A DNA stretch of 64,000 nucleotides from an uncultured Pseudomonadales bacterium. GTDB lineage: Bacteria; Patescibacteriota; Microgenomatia; UBA1400; PJMF01. Positions 28,963 through 37,533 of this stretch are shown here, one piece after another. Every line of letters begins with the position of its first letter. Position 1 is the stretch's first letter. Below the pieces are notes generated by a model. It ran no database searches. It was not told where the DNA came from and saw only the letters and a list, made by a program, of their open reading frames with translations. The position numbers and the translations under genes were made by a program. Where the stretch lies: assembly GCA_964648715.1 (NCBI GenBank), contig CAZYNM010000001.1, positions 80,040 to 144,039 of the forward strand. Reading direction: 5' to 3'.

Positions 28963-29913
28963 ATGCAGCGAACAGCAGACCAAGTAACGGTCATTGTAAC
29001 GGTTTATAATGAGGAAGATACTGTAGACGCACTTATTCGCTCACTTAATGAGCAATCTCTGCTCCCCAGTGAAATTATTGTAATTGATGGGGGTTCTACT
29101 GATGCTACACTTACTGTGTTACAGTCTCTTCACAGTTCAGTTCCGCTCCGCATAGCTGTACGACGGGGAAATAGAAGCTGTGGCCGTAATTATGCGTGCC
29201 AATTGGCACGTACCAAGATGATAGCTTGTACTGATGCTGGCTGTATTCCCAATAGATTGTGGTTGAGCGAACTTATTGCAACACAGCATAATACAAATGC
29301 GGAAGTGGTTGCTGGATACTACACTCCAATTATCACGACACCATTCACTGAAGCTTCTGCTGCCTATACGCTTGTGATGCCAGATAGAGTTGACCCGGAA
29401 CATTTTCTGCCAGCAACGCGTTCAATGTTGTTTACAAAAGAAGCTTGGCAAAAAGCGGGGTGCTTTGATGAAAGACTCGATGATAATGAAGACTACGCTT
29501 TTGCTCATCAGCTGCTAAGGAAAAAAATAGGTCGAGCATTTACTCAAAGAGCTATAGTCTATTGGAATCCACGTACTACACTGTTTGGATTTACTTGGAT
29601 GATTGTGAGGTTTGCCCGAGGTGATATATACAGTGGCATTCTAAGACCTAAAGTTATCTTTCTGTTTAGCAGATTTCTGGTATTTGGTGGGCTGTTATTT
29701 TTCCTTGCACATACCTATACAGCATCAATCACACTATTTGTAGCTTCTCTGGTAATAGTTTTGTATACTGCTTGGGCAGTGGCCAAGAATGTCCGTTACT
29801 CTCCAAGAGGATGGTATTGGTTACCAGTCTTGCAATGCGTTAGCGATGGTGCAGTGGTTGTTGGTTCGGTATGGGGAGGAGTAAAACGAATCTCTGGAAA
29901 GCAAATCGTATAA
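28963..29913 (+). CDS. Glycosyltransferase family 2 with C-terminal TMs
   Basis: VYNEE, DGGSTD, GRN, TDA, ED motifs. Confidence 0.88.
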   Translation: MQRTADQVTVIVTVYNEEDTVDALIRSLNEQSLLPSEIIVIDGGSTDATLTVLQSLHSSVPLRIAVRRGNRSCGRNYACQLARTKMIACTDAGCIPNRLWLSELIATQHNTNAEVVAGYYTPIITTPFTEASAAYTLVMPDRVDPEHFLPATRSMLFTKEAWQKAGCFDERLDDNEDYAFAHQLLRKKIGRAFTQRAIVYWNPRTTLFGFTWMIVRFARGDIYSGILRPKVIFLFSRFLVFGGLLFFLAHTYTASITLFVASLVIVLYTAWAVAKNVRYSPRGWYWLPVLQCVSDGAVVVGSVWGGVKRISGKQIV

Positions 29914-30937
29914 CACCGACTATACAAAATGATAGCACGCTGACAACAATAAGTTTTAGTACGTAATATACAAAAAGTGAGTATGTTACATGATGCATTG
30001 CTAATCCAAGATACGTCTCACTCAATTCAATAATGAGTGGATGAACTAGATACACTCCCAGTGTGAGCGGTGCAGCTCTTCTGATAACTCCGTTTATAAA
30101 GTTACTGTCTAATGTAGTAAAAGTCATAGTTATAGAACGTAAGAGATAGAAGGCTACAATTGAGAGTCCAAGCACTGGTACAGTGAATGGCTCCCAAAAA
30201 AAATTCCCCAGTTCTGGCGTCCAAAAAGTCATATTGCCTACAGCTGCTTGCTTAATATTGTATGCAGTTAATAGTGTAACTATTCCAGCAAAGCCAAAGA
30301 ATGCAACAGATGAAAATAACGTCTGTCTTCGTGTAACTGGTATGTTTGAAAGCAAGTAGCCCATGCAAAAGTAACTCAAAAATGGTAACCCAATAAAGAA
30401 AATCGTTGTTGAGTTATAGAGGGAAAACACTAAATATGATGTATGCTCATACAGTGTTGCAGCTGCTATCAAAACGATGGTTATTGTTAACAATAGCTGT
30501 TTTCTTGCTATCCACATAACAAGAGGAGCACACAAATATAAACACGCTGCAATGGCTAAGTAGTATAGGTGGCCGACATTAACGTACAGAACATCAAAGA
30601 GAAAAGCGGTGGCGTTGAAGACAGTGCCATGCTGGTAGTATTCCCACGCTTTATATACGCCATATGTAGTTACGAGTAAAAAAAGGAAGTAATTACTTTT
30701 TTTGAGTACATACCTAAACGAAACAAAATGTTTACGTGCCAATAGTGCTCCGGAAATCATGGCAAACAGTGGCACACTACATATGGCAACAGAGTGGATT
30801 GCTAACACCAACCACCACGATATACCACCAACATAATTTGTGAGTGAAGCAGTAACAGAGTCACAATGTATTGCTACTACGCCCACGGTTGAAAGAACGC
30901 GCACATAATCCAGGAATAAGTCTCGTTGTTGATGCAT
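29840..30937 (-). CDS. Acyltransferase family 3 membrane protein
   Basis: D..R.....VV.IH, VPLF.MISG, HLYYL, GVYLVHP. Confidence 0.85.
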   Translation of the reverse strand: MHQQRDLFLDYVRVLSTVGVVAIHCDSVTASLTNYVGGISWWLVLAIHSVAICSVPLFAMISGALLARKHFVSFRYVLKKSNYFLFLLVTTYGVYKAWEYYQHGTVFNATAFLFDVLYVNVGHLYYLAIAACLYLCAPLVMWIARKQLLLTITIVLIAAATLYEHTSYLVFSLYNSTTIFFIGLPFLSYFCMGYLLSNIPVTRRQTLFSSVAFFGFAGIVTLLTAYNIKQAAVGNMTFWTPELGNFFWEPFTVPVLGLSIVAFYLLRSITMTFTTLDSNFINGVIRRAAPLTLGVYLVHPLIIELSETYLGLAMHHVTYSLFVYYVLKLIVVSVLSFCIVGVIRFAFQRFVLLLPIPNQQPLHHR

Positions 30938-30938
30938 A

Positions 30939-31238
30939 TTACTTTGAAATAAGTAAATAAAAAATAAGTTGAGTAACGATGACCCACACTACATGGTATA
31001 TGAGAAAATTAAATTTGTGTTTTACTTGGCGTATATACACTATACAAAAAAAGGCAAATGCTTGTGGAAGAGTGAGCCATAACAACATGATAAATGAAGC
31101 CAAAGTGCTGTTTGATATGTGACGCTGAATTGATTCAAAAACAAATTGAAAAACTGAATACGTATGTATTTTTGTTGCTAGTATTATCCCCAATACCAGC
31201 CATTCAATGAGGAAAATAGCAGCTGTTTTTTTGTACAT
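30939..31238 (-). CDS. Small membrane protein
   Basis: Three hydrophobic segments, lies within the operon. Confidence 0.6.
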   Translation of the reverse strand: MYKKTAAIFLIEWLVLGIILATKIHTYSVFQFVFESIQRHISNSTLASFIMLLWLTLPQAFAFFCIVYIRQVKHKFNFLIYHVVWVIVTQLIFYLLISK

Positions 31239-31245
31239 ATATTCA

Positions 31246-32787
31246 TTAAAGGCTCTGAGCCGTCAAGTAGTCAACTGGCGCATAGGCGTCTGTAAGTATA
31301 GCTGCATCTTTTGTAAATTGTGGTGGCAATGTCACCAGATGATCTTGTAATGTACGAATACGTTCGTCAGTATGGGTGAGTATTTGGGGGCTGGTAAAAT
31401 GTAACTCTCTTGGCTGCTTAAAACCAACAAATATAAAGTTCTGAACTGCAGTACTCTGTGCAGAATCAACAGCAATAATGAAGTTATCCGGAAATACACT
31501 TTGAAATGTTTTTATTTCGGAGGCAAGAAAAGAAGGTCTCGTGGTTTTTGTTGGCAGTGAACCAACAATATTAGCAATGAAGATACCTTGGTCAGATAGC
31601 CTTTCCTTAGTGAGTGCAAAAAATTCTTTTGTAGTCATATGAGCTGGTACAGATAAAAGAGAGAGATATGCATCGCTGAATATATAGTCGTAGGTAGTTG
31701 CTGAATTCATGAGGAACCTTCGTCCATCAGTGAGATGTGTGTGCATCCTTGGGTGTGGGGCAACTCCAAAGTATGTGTGTGAGAGCTCTTCAAGTCCTGG
31801 TTCTATCTCAACTACATCTACCTCAACTGTGGGATGTGTGGTTACTAGTTTGTAAGGAAGCGTATAAGAACCTCCACCTATGAAAAGGGCTTTCTTTAGT
31901 TGAGGAACAAAAAGAGAGTACAAGCGGTAATATTGGGTATATTCAAATACTAGTTCGCTGGAATGTGTGTAGGCTGCACCAGATTTGTTAGTATCTAGGA
32001 AGAGGACATGTGCTTCTTGGTCATGCTCTTGTGTTGTGAATACACTAATCAGCTGGTATACGCCCTCTTTCTGAAAGAGTAAGGCAGGATTGTGCTCAAA
32101 ACGACTAGCAGTCCAGCTAACAGAAAAAAGTACTACAAGTCCAGTTACCAACTTGATCGCATGTTTCATTTTAGTAAGCTCTGGTACCCCCAAAAATAAC
32201 GGTAGTGCCCCCAACACAATAAGAAGTATGGCTGTGCCAAAAACGACGCTATCAATAGTAAATGAAGGCAAAAGAAAAAAACCAGTACAAATGCTCCCCG
32301 CGATACTACCAAGTGTAGAAAAGAAAGATACTTTGCCAGAAATGGTCCCAATATTTGGTGTTTTGCTTGCTTGTGTGAGGAGTTTAAGTGCAAATGGCGA
32401 TATGCATCCCAGCAAGAAACCAGGTAACAAGAATAGCACTACCGATGCTAGTAGTGGGCCTTCTTGAATGCTAAGAGTATCGCCTACAACTGGTAACACT
32501 AGATAGCGCAACAGTTGCAAAATAAGCATACTGATGCCCCCAAGCATGATGAGCGTGTAAAAAAGAGGTAAGCCGGGATGCTTGTCAGAAAGTTTTCCCC
32601 CGTAATAGTATCCAAGACTTAATGCAGCCAGAAAAACACTAATGACACTGGTGGTTGTAAAAATAGTGCTTCCAAAGTAAGGCGCAAGCATCCGCATTCC
32701 AGTTACTTCGATGACAAGAGCACACGCTCCCGTGAGAAAAACACTGATGAGGACTTGCAGCTCAAGGGAACGATACTTTTTTAACAT
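31246..32787 (-). CDS. Fused membrane/spermidine synthase-like SAM methyltransferase
   Basis: N-terminal TMs with APYFGST; IGGG, VEIEP, DGR, DAY, LTD..APV motifs. Confidence 0.85.
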   Translation of the reverse strand: MLKKYRSLELQVLISVFLTGACALVIEVTGMRMLAPYFGSTIFTTTSVISVFLAALSLGYYYGGKLSDKHPGLPLFYTLIMLGGISMLILQLLRYLVLPVVGDTLSIQEGPLLASVVLFLLPGFLLGCISPFALKLLTQASKTPNIGTISGKVSFFSTLGSIAGSICTGFFLLPSFTIDSVVFGTAILLIVLGALPLFLGVPELTKMKHAIKLVTGLVVLFSVSWTASRFEHNPALLFQKEGVYQLISVFTTQEHDQEAHVLFLDTNKSGAAYTHSSELVFEYTQYYRLYSLFVPQLKKALFIGGGSYTLPYKLVTTHPTVEVDVVEIEPGLEELSHTYFGVAPHPRMHTHLTDGRRFLMNSATTYDYIFSDAYLSLLSVPAHMTTKEFFALTKERLSDQGIFIANIVGSLPTKTTRPSFLASEIKTFQSVFPDNFIIAVDSAQSTAVQNFIFVGFKQPRELHFTSPQILTHTDERIRTLQDHLVTLPPQFTKDAAILTDAYAPVDYLTAQSL

Positions 32788-32899
32788 ACAAAACGTGTAT
32801 AAAAACTTACTTCTGTGTATCCGATGATACTTGAAGCCAAGCGACTGTGCAAATGAAATTTGCTTATAGTCCTATAATATTATATAATATCACCCATTG

Positions 32900-33015
32900 G
32901 CTCTTTAACAACATGAAAGGGTAGTAATCTGTCGTTGTGACTACTGTGGGTTCGTACCTGTGTGTACGCAAACCCGCATCAGTCTTGTACGACGACAGAT
33001 CGTCTACCTTGTTCA
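32900..33015 (+). ncRNA. boxA plus ~100-nt rod-like structured leader RNA (putative)
   Basis: GCTCTTTAACA at 32900-32910, then nested helices over 32914-33015. Confidence 0.5.
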
Positions 33016-33031
33016 ACAAAAAGGATCAAGC

Positions 33032-33805
33032 ATGTTTACGTTACCTACACAAAAACCGTTCATGTCTTCAGATTTCAAAAGTGCCGCATGTCTGTTACGC
33101 TATGGAAAGTGCTGGTACCAACTGACCGAACCATGGCAAGATTTGGTATATCCGTATCTCCCAGTTCTCGATTTGGTGAGTGATGAAGTTTTTATTCGTT
33201 CCGGCGGAGCTGTACTTGTTAAACTTGCGCCACAAGCACACGCTGCTTCTGGCAAACTCGCTGAAGAGTTGCCGACAGATGTGGAGCTCGCAGCAATTGG
33301 TAGCGTAGCTGCAACAGCTATTCAATTATTCAAGTCAGGTGCACAAATACCTGAACTTGACCCTAGTAACCAGCTCAAGCTGTTTATGCAAACTGTTGGG
33401 ATGAATGTGTTTACCCAAGAGTTCCGACTCGCATTCAAGCCAGAAAAATACATCCAGTATCGTGAGAGCGAAATCAACGATCAGTTTTTTTTGGAGTCAA
33501 TTGTTCGCAACGGATGGTATGCACAGTTTTTTAACCACTGCTTCAGTGTTGATCCAGCACGCGCACTACTTGCCAGAAAACACTTGCCTTTGACTGTGTA
33601 TAAAGGCCGCATATTTTGGACGGTGGAGCGACTGACACGAGTTCTCTGGACATGGGATGATGCCTCACTGAGAAATCTTGCAACTGCCTGTGGCCTTGGT
33701 TTTGTAAATGCTGGAGTGCTTATGATGGAAATGAATTATCCATACATGGAACGCACACTGGTCTATCACATTACCAAGATCATGCCCCATGAGGGGGCGT
33801 GGTAA
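33032..33805 (+). CDS. Hypothetical protein (orphan, ~257 aa)
   Basis: Long ORF; AAGGA SD 6 nt before ATG 33032. Confidence 0.7.
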   Translation: MFTLPTQKPFMSSDFKSAACLLRYGKCWYQLTEPWQDLVYPYLPVLDLVSDEVFIRSGGAVLVKLAPQAHAASGKLAEELPTDVELAAIGSVAATAIQLFKSGAQIPELDPSNQLKLFMQTVGMNVFTQEFRLAFKPEKYIQYRESEINDQFFLESIVRNGWYAQFFNHCFSVDPARALLARKHLPLTVYKGRIFWTVERLTRVLWTWDDASLRNLATACGLGFVNAGVLMMEMNYPYMERTLVYHITKIMPHEGAW

Positions 33806-33856
33806 GTCGTCCTTACTGAAAGTTGAGTAATCCCATGGGATTTGCTCAAGTAGACG

Positions 33857-33893
33857 AAAAGGCGATTACTCACATAGAGTAGTCGCCTTTTTT
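33857..33893. terminator. Bidirectional intrinsic terminator
   Basis: AAAAGGCGATTACTC-ACATA-GAGTAGTCGCCTTTTTT between convergent genes. Confidence 0.8.
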
Positions 33894-33912
33894 GTAACTT
33901 ACTTGCAAAAAA

Positions 33913-34911
33913 CTATGCATGACGATATTCTTGCAACACACGGACATACAAACGAATTGCTGTCTGCAAATCCTCTTTCTGTATCTTTTCATTTGGTGTA
34001 TGAGCATCAGCAATAGATCCGGGACCAAAGACAAAGCCGTTTTGGAAAAAAGTAAGCTCAGTGCAGTATTTGACCTGCTGGCCAACACCCAAAAACTTCA
34101 GTGATTGAGGTAGTGACGAGGCGACTGGTGGTAAGTTCTCTACTATTTTGATGATGGCTTGGCTTCCCACAAGTTGCTGTAGCTCAAGTGCATAATTGGT
34201 GGTATCTCCTGGTGCAATGCGAAGACTAATTACTGCTTCTGCACGATCAGGTATGACGTTTGTTGCAACACCACCTTTAATTGTTACCAAACTTAGGGAA
34301 GTTGCAGAGTTGACTTGCAGTTGTTTTGCAGGACCATTGAGCAGAGTGAGGAGCTTATCAATAGCATTTTCACCTAGAGCTGGCTCGCTACTATGTGCTG
34401 CTTTTCCAGTACAAACAAGTGAAAGAACAAGAATACCATAGTGTCTAGTGACCGGTCTCAGTTCAGTGGGTTCACCCACAATAACCAAAGCACCCAAATC
34501 GCGCATACAGGTCTGAATAGCAATTGCCCCAGCAAAATCAGTCTCTTCACCAATGGTAAAAAGTACTCCAAAGTTGGTTATACCTTGTGCTTTTGCTTCT
34601 TGTGCGGCAATGAGCATACTTGCTATAGAACCTTTGGTATCACATGCACCTCGACCGTATATACAATGCGCATCTTCATGAGCGGGAATGTGTGGTGGTA
34701 CTACATCCATATGTGCTTGCAGAATAATCTTGGGATTTCCCACTTTGGCAAATACATTAATGCGATCACCATTCACAGGCATACGATCAACTTCAAAACC
34801 TATTCTTTCAAGATAGTCTGCTAAGAACAGTCCTATTTGAGCCTCGCAGCCAGTAATGGAGGCTATGTCTATAAGCTTGGTGAGAAGACGAGCCGCAGTT
34901 GGTATTTTCAT
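33913..34911 (-). CDS. M20 metallo-amidohydrolase (ArgE/DapE-like)
   Basis: AHMDVV, GRGACDTKG, GEE, GEPT, GKAAHSS, NVIP, AH motifs; GGAGG SD. Confidence 0.88.
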   Translation of the reverse strand: MKIPTAARLLTKLIDIASITGCEAQIGLFLADYLERIGFEVDRMPVNGDRINVFAKVGNPKIILQAHMDVVPPHIPAHEDAHCIYGRGACDTKGSIASMLIAAQEAKAQGITNFGVLFTIGEETDFAGAIAIQTCMRDLGALVIVGEPTELRPVTRHYGILVLSLVCTGKAAHSSEPALGENAIDKLLTLLNGPAKQLQVNSATSLSLVTIKGGVATNVIPDRAEAVISLRIAPGDTTNYALELQQLVGSQAIIKIVENLPPVASSLPQSLKFLGVGQQVKYCTELTFFQNGFVFGPGSIADAHTPNEKIQKEDLQTAIRLYVRVLQEYRHA

Positions 34912-34920
34912 AATTCCTCC

Positions 34921-35586
34921 TTAGTTCTTTTCATTTACGAAGAGAACACGCGCCTCATTCTCTGTATCTTTTAGCCCTGTTTGCAGACCAATAATTGCTC
35001 TCATTCCCATTTTTTCCAATATGTAGCGCATTGGTGAATCTTCATTTGTTCTTACCACAAATTGTTGATATCCTTTTTGTTTTCCAGAATCAACAATTTT
35101 GTTTGTTAAGTCTTTTCCAAACCCTAGACCCTGTAAGTTGGGTAGCACTCCTACCTCAGACACGTAATAGAAAAAACCAGTTTTAATAAGGAGCTCTGTA
35201 ACAAGTTGCTGCATCTCTTGAGTACGATACTTTTTGAGAGACAGTTCCTCTGGTGTCATCTTGAATCCCCACCCAAAACCAGATATACAACGTTGAACTT
35301 GTTCTAGCCACTGAACTTGTGCTAAAAAAATGCCGATAGCATCTGTTTTATTCAACTCTTGCGCAATGTACTGTGCGGTATCTACTAATGGATATGCTTC
35401 CAGATTAAAGGTCCCTCCACACGTACAGCCAGCTTCAAGGAGTGGTGATTTACTTGAGAATTGACTGCAACGATCACAGCGTGAAACTTCTTTCCATGGC
35501 TCTCCTGCAAATACCTCTGCATATGTTGAGGCTACTGCTGTATATTCTGTTGGAGTGATAGATGCTATTTCGTAGTTTTTTTTCAT
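34921..35586 (-). CDS. GNAT acetyltransferase with a Cys-rich (Zn-ribbon-like) insertion
   Basis: VFAGEPW.E, CxxC...CxCGG, YVSEVGV.P..QGLGFG acetyl-CoA motif; start trimmed to ATG 35586. Confidence 0.8.
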   Translation of the reverse strand: MKKNYEIASITPTEYTAVASTYAEVFAGEPWKEVSRCDRCSQFSSKSPLLEAGCTCGGTFNLEAYPLVDTAQYIAQELNKTDAIGIFLAQVQWLEQVQRCISGFGWGFKMTPEELSLKKYRTQEMQQLVTELLIKTGFFYYVSEVGVLPNLQGLGFGKDLTNKIVDSGKQKGYQQFVVRTNEDSPMRYILEKMGMRAIIGLQTGLKDTENEARVLFVNEKN

Positions 35587-35629
35587 ATTTTCTTTTTTGT
35601 TGTACAAAACACTCTGGAGGTGAGGGTAC

Positions 35630-35652
35630 AAAAAAACCCCTACTCGGGGCTG
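35630..35652 (-). terminator. Attenuator terminator
   Basis: Minus strand AGCCCC-GAGTA-GGGG-TTTTTTT upstream of the GNAT gene. Confidence 0.75.
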
Positions 35653-35675
35653 TGTAGAGTGTTTTGTAAAAAAAT

Positions 35676-35750
35676 TTATTGGATACGAACCACAACCCCG
35701 ATAGTATGTGAGGTATGATGGATATGGTGAGAACAAAGTATCTTAAGCAT
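35676..35750 (-). CDS. His-rich leader peptide MLKILCSHHIHHTSHTIGVVVRIQ (24 aa)
   Basis: ATG 8 nt after an extended -10 TGtTATACT (TATACT at 35759-35764); 5 His codons in codons 8-15; overlaps the antiterminator arm. Confidence 0.75.
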   Translation of the reverse strand: MLKILCSHHIHHTSHTIGVVVRIQ

Positions 35751-35908
35751 TGTTACTTAGTATAACACAGGTTTGTTTTAGCTAATGGTTTACCCATTAT
35801 TGCTACCATTCTACTTTTATTTATAAGCGGGGTTGGTGCATATTACCCCCAACCCCAGCTGATGTATTACAGCAATCAAATGCAAGCATTTATTTGCAAA
35901 TAAAATAT

Positions 35909-36580
35909 CTACGGATAGCTTACCGTATCTACTAACGGTAAGAGTTTGTCAGTAGACTGACTCAAGTTTTTTGAAGTATCAGGACAAATTTTGTTACCAT
36001 CGTTTATAAAAGTCAAATAATATCGCTTTTTATCATAGACACTTGAATCAACTGCATGATAGAAAGAAAGTCTTCCACACTCTTTGGCAAATTCCATAGC
36101 TGAGCCATTCTTGGCTCTATAAGTGGGAATACCCTTTTGCATTATCTGCCATGGATCCAAAATATCATGAGCATATTTGTCAGCTGACAATATCACTAGA
36201 TTTTCTGAATTAGAAGAATCATAAAACCAACTTGAAACTTCTACTGGTTCACCATCGACATCAACAATTGCTTCCTGTTTAATAATTTTTCCGTTTTTAT
36301 ACCAAAACTCCTTTTCTGTAATTTTTTTATTGTACAGAAGAGGAATATCAAATCCAAAACTTTTAGATGAGTAATTTACTTCTTTTGAAGAGACGAGTAT
36401 CCCATGATTCTGGACTGTTTCGGAAATTCTATATGTTAGGTCTTTTTTGTCTAAATTTAACTGGTCTATTTGATTCTTTAATTTTAGGTATTGAAGTGAC
36501 AAAAATATAACAGCAACAACTAATATAGTGAAAGAGGTTTTTAAAACAAAATATGAACTACCTTTTGCAATTGATCTCAC
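35909..36580 (-). CDS. AT-rich membrane-anchored hypothetical protein
   Basis: N-terminal TM and coiled coil; lies just 3' of tRNA-Ser. Confidence 0.7.
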   Translation of the reverse strand: MRSIAKGSSYFVLKTSFTILVVAVIFLSLQYLKLKNQIDQLNLDKKDLTYRISETVQNHGILVSSKEVNYSSKSFGFDIPLLYNKKITEKEFWYKNGKIIKQEAIVDVDGEPVEVSSWFYDSSNSENLVILSADKYAHDILDPWQIMQKGIPTYRAKNGSAMEFAKECGRLSFYHAVDSSVYDKKRYYLTFINDGNKICPDTSKNLSQSTDKLLPLVDTVSYP

Positions 36581-36670
36581 GATACTTTCAGTATAATCGA
36601 CTGCAAATATAATTTCAATTAATATTCATACTATCGGGCAACTCTACCTAGGTCGGTTTGTCGGACAGTG

Positions 36671-36754
36671 CGGAAGGGGAGGGATTCGAACCCACGAGAC
36701 CGTTAAGGTCACGGTTTTCAAGACCGTTGCGATGGACCACTCTGCCACCCTTCC
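36671..36754 (-). tRNA. tRNA-Ser(TGA)
   Basis: GGAAGGG...CCCTTCC-G, anticodon loop CT-TGA-AA, long variable arm. Confidence 0.93.
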
Positions 36755-36814
36755 GTTTTATGCATTGCATATTGTACCATTTTTTATCGTTTCTGAATGG
36801 TGTATAGTGGGTGT

Positions 36815-37387
36815 ATGGCAGATACTCAATCACAATCGGTGCAGCAGCCTGAAACACAATCGCAGCCAGAGCAGGTTGTGGAACGTGATTATCAGAAGCC
36901 TCAACCAGAAGAAGAACTGCTTGAGTGGCGTGCACCAAGCAGAGTATTTAAAAAGCACAACCGACAGTTTTACACCACTGTCGGGATGATCGTGCTTTTA
37001 GTTGGCTTGATTCTCTTTTTTGCCGGACAAACGCTTCCTGTGGCTGTCATGATTGCTGTTGTCTTTTTTGTGTATATTCAGCACTCTATTCCTCCTAGCC
37101 TTATTACCTATAAGCTCACTACCTATGGTATTAGAATTGAAGGTGAGTTGTACTATTGGGAGGAAATGGGACGTTTCTGGTTTACCAAACAATATGGCCA
37201 GGATTTATTGCATATAGAGATAGCACGATTTCCTTTCCGCCTTCCTATTTTAACCGCAGATATCTCAAAAGATGATATGAGTGCGGTACTGTCTGAAATA
37301 CTGCTTAACGAAGTGCCGCCTCCTACAACATATGAAAAGATTGCCAACTGGTTGCACGAGAAAGTTCCTATTGATATTGAGTCCTAG
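36815..37387 (+). CDS. Two-TM hypothetical membrane protein
   Basis: LLEW.AP motif, 2 TMs, beta-rich C-terminal domain; leaderless start. Confidence 0.75.
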   Translation: MADTQSQSVQQPETQSQPEQVVERDYQKPQPEEELLEWRAPSRVFKKHNRQFYTTVGMIVLLVGLILFFAGQTLPVAVMIAVVFFVYIQHSIPPSLITYKLTTYGIRIEGELYYWEEMGRFWFTKQYGQDLLHIEIARFPFRLPILTADISKDDMSAVLSEILLNEVPPPTTYEKIANWLHEKVPIDIES

Positions 37388-37447
37388 AGCTCATCTTACT
37401 ATCTCGCAGATAATTTGGTACAATACGGTTCTGGTTCCGTTCATGGC

Positions 37448-37519
37448 GCACCCATAGTTCAACGGATAGAATGAAGGATTGCGGATCCTTAGATCTAGGT
37501 TCGATTCCTAGTGGGTGCA
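37448..37519 (+). tRNA. tRNA-Arg(GCG)
   Basis: GCACCCA...TGGGTGC-A, anticodon arm AAGGA-TTGCGGA-TCCTT. Confidence 0.9.
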
Positions 37520-37533
37520 CTGCGATATAACAT

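Noticed and set aside
35587-35736. N-terminal 50 aa of the 271-aa GNAT ORF in the track
   Set aside because: Runs through the attenuator; ATG 35586 is the more plausible start.
35780-36670. Possible integrated element at the 3' end of tRNA-Ser(TGA)
   Set aside because: One AT-rich gene is present, but I found no integrase and no duplicated tRNA 3' end.
36648-36989. ORFs overlapping tRNA-Ser(TGA); also the 38508 start inside tRNA-Ser(CGA)
   Set aside because: They overlap well-formed tRNA genes.
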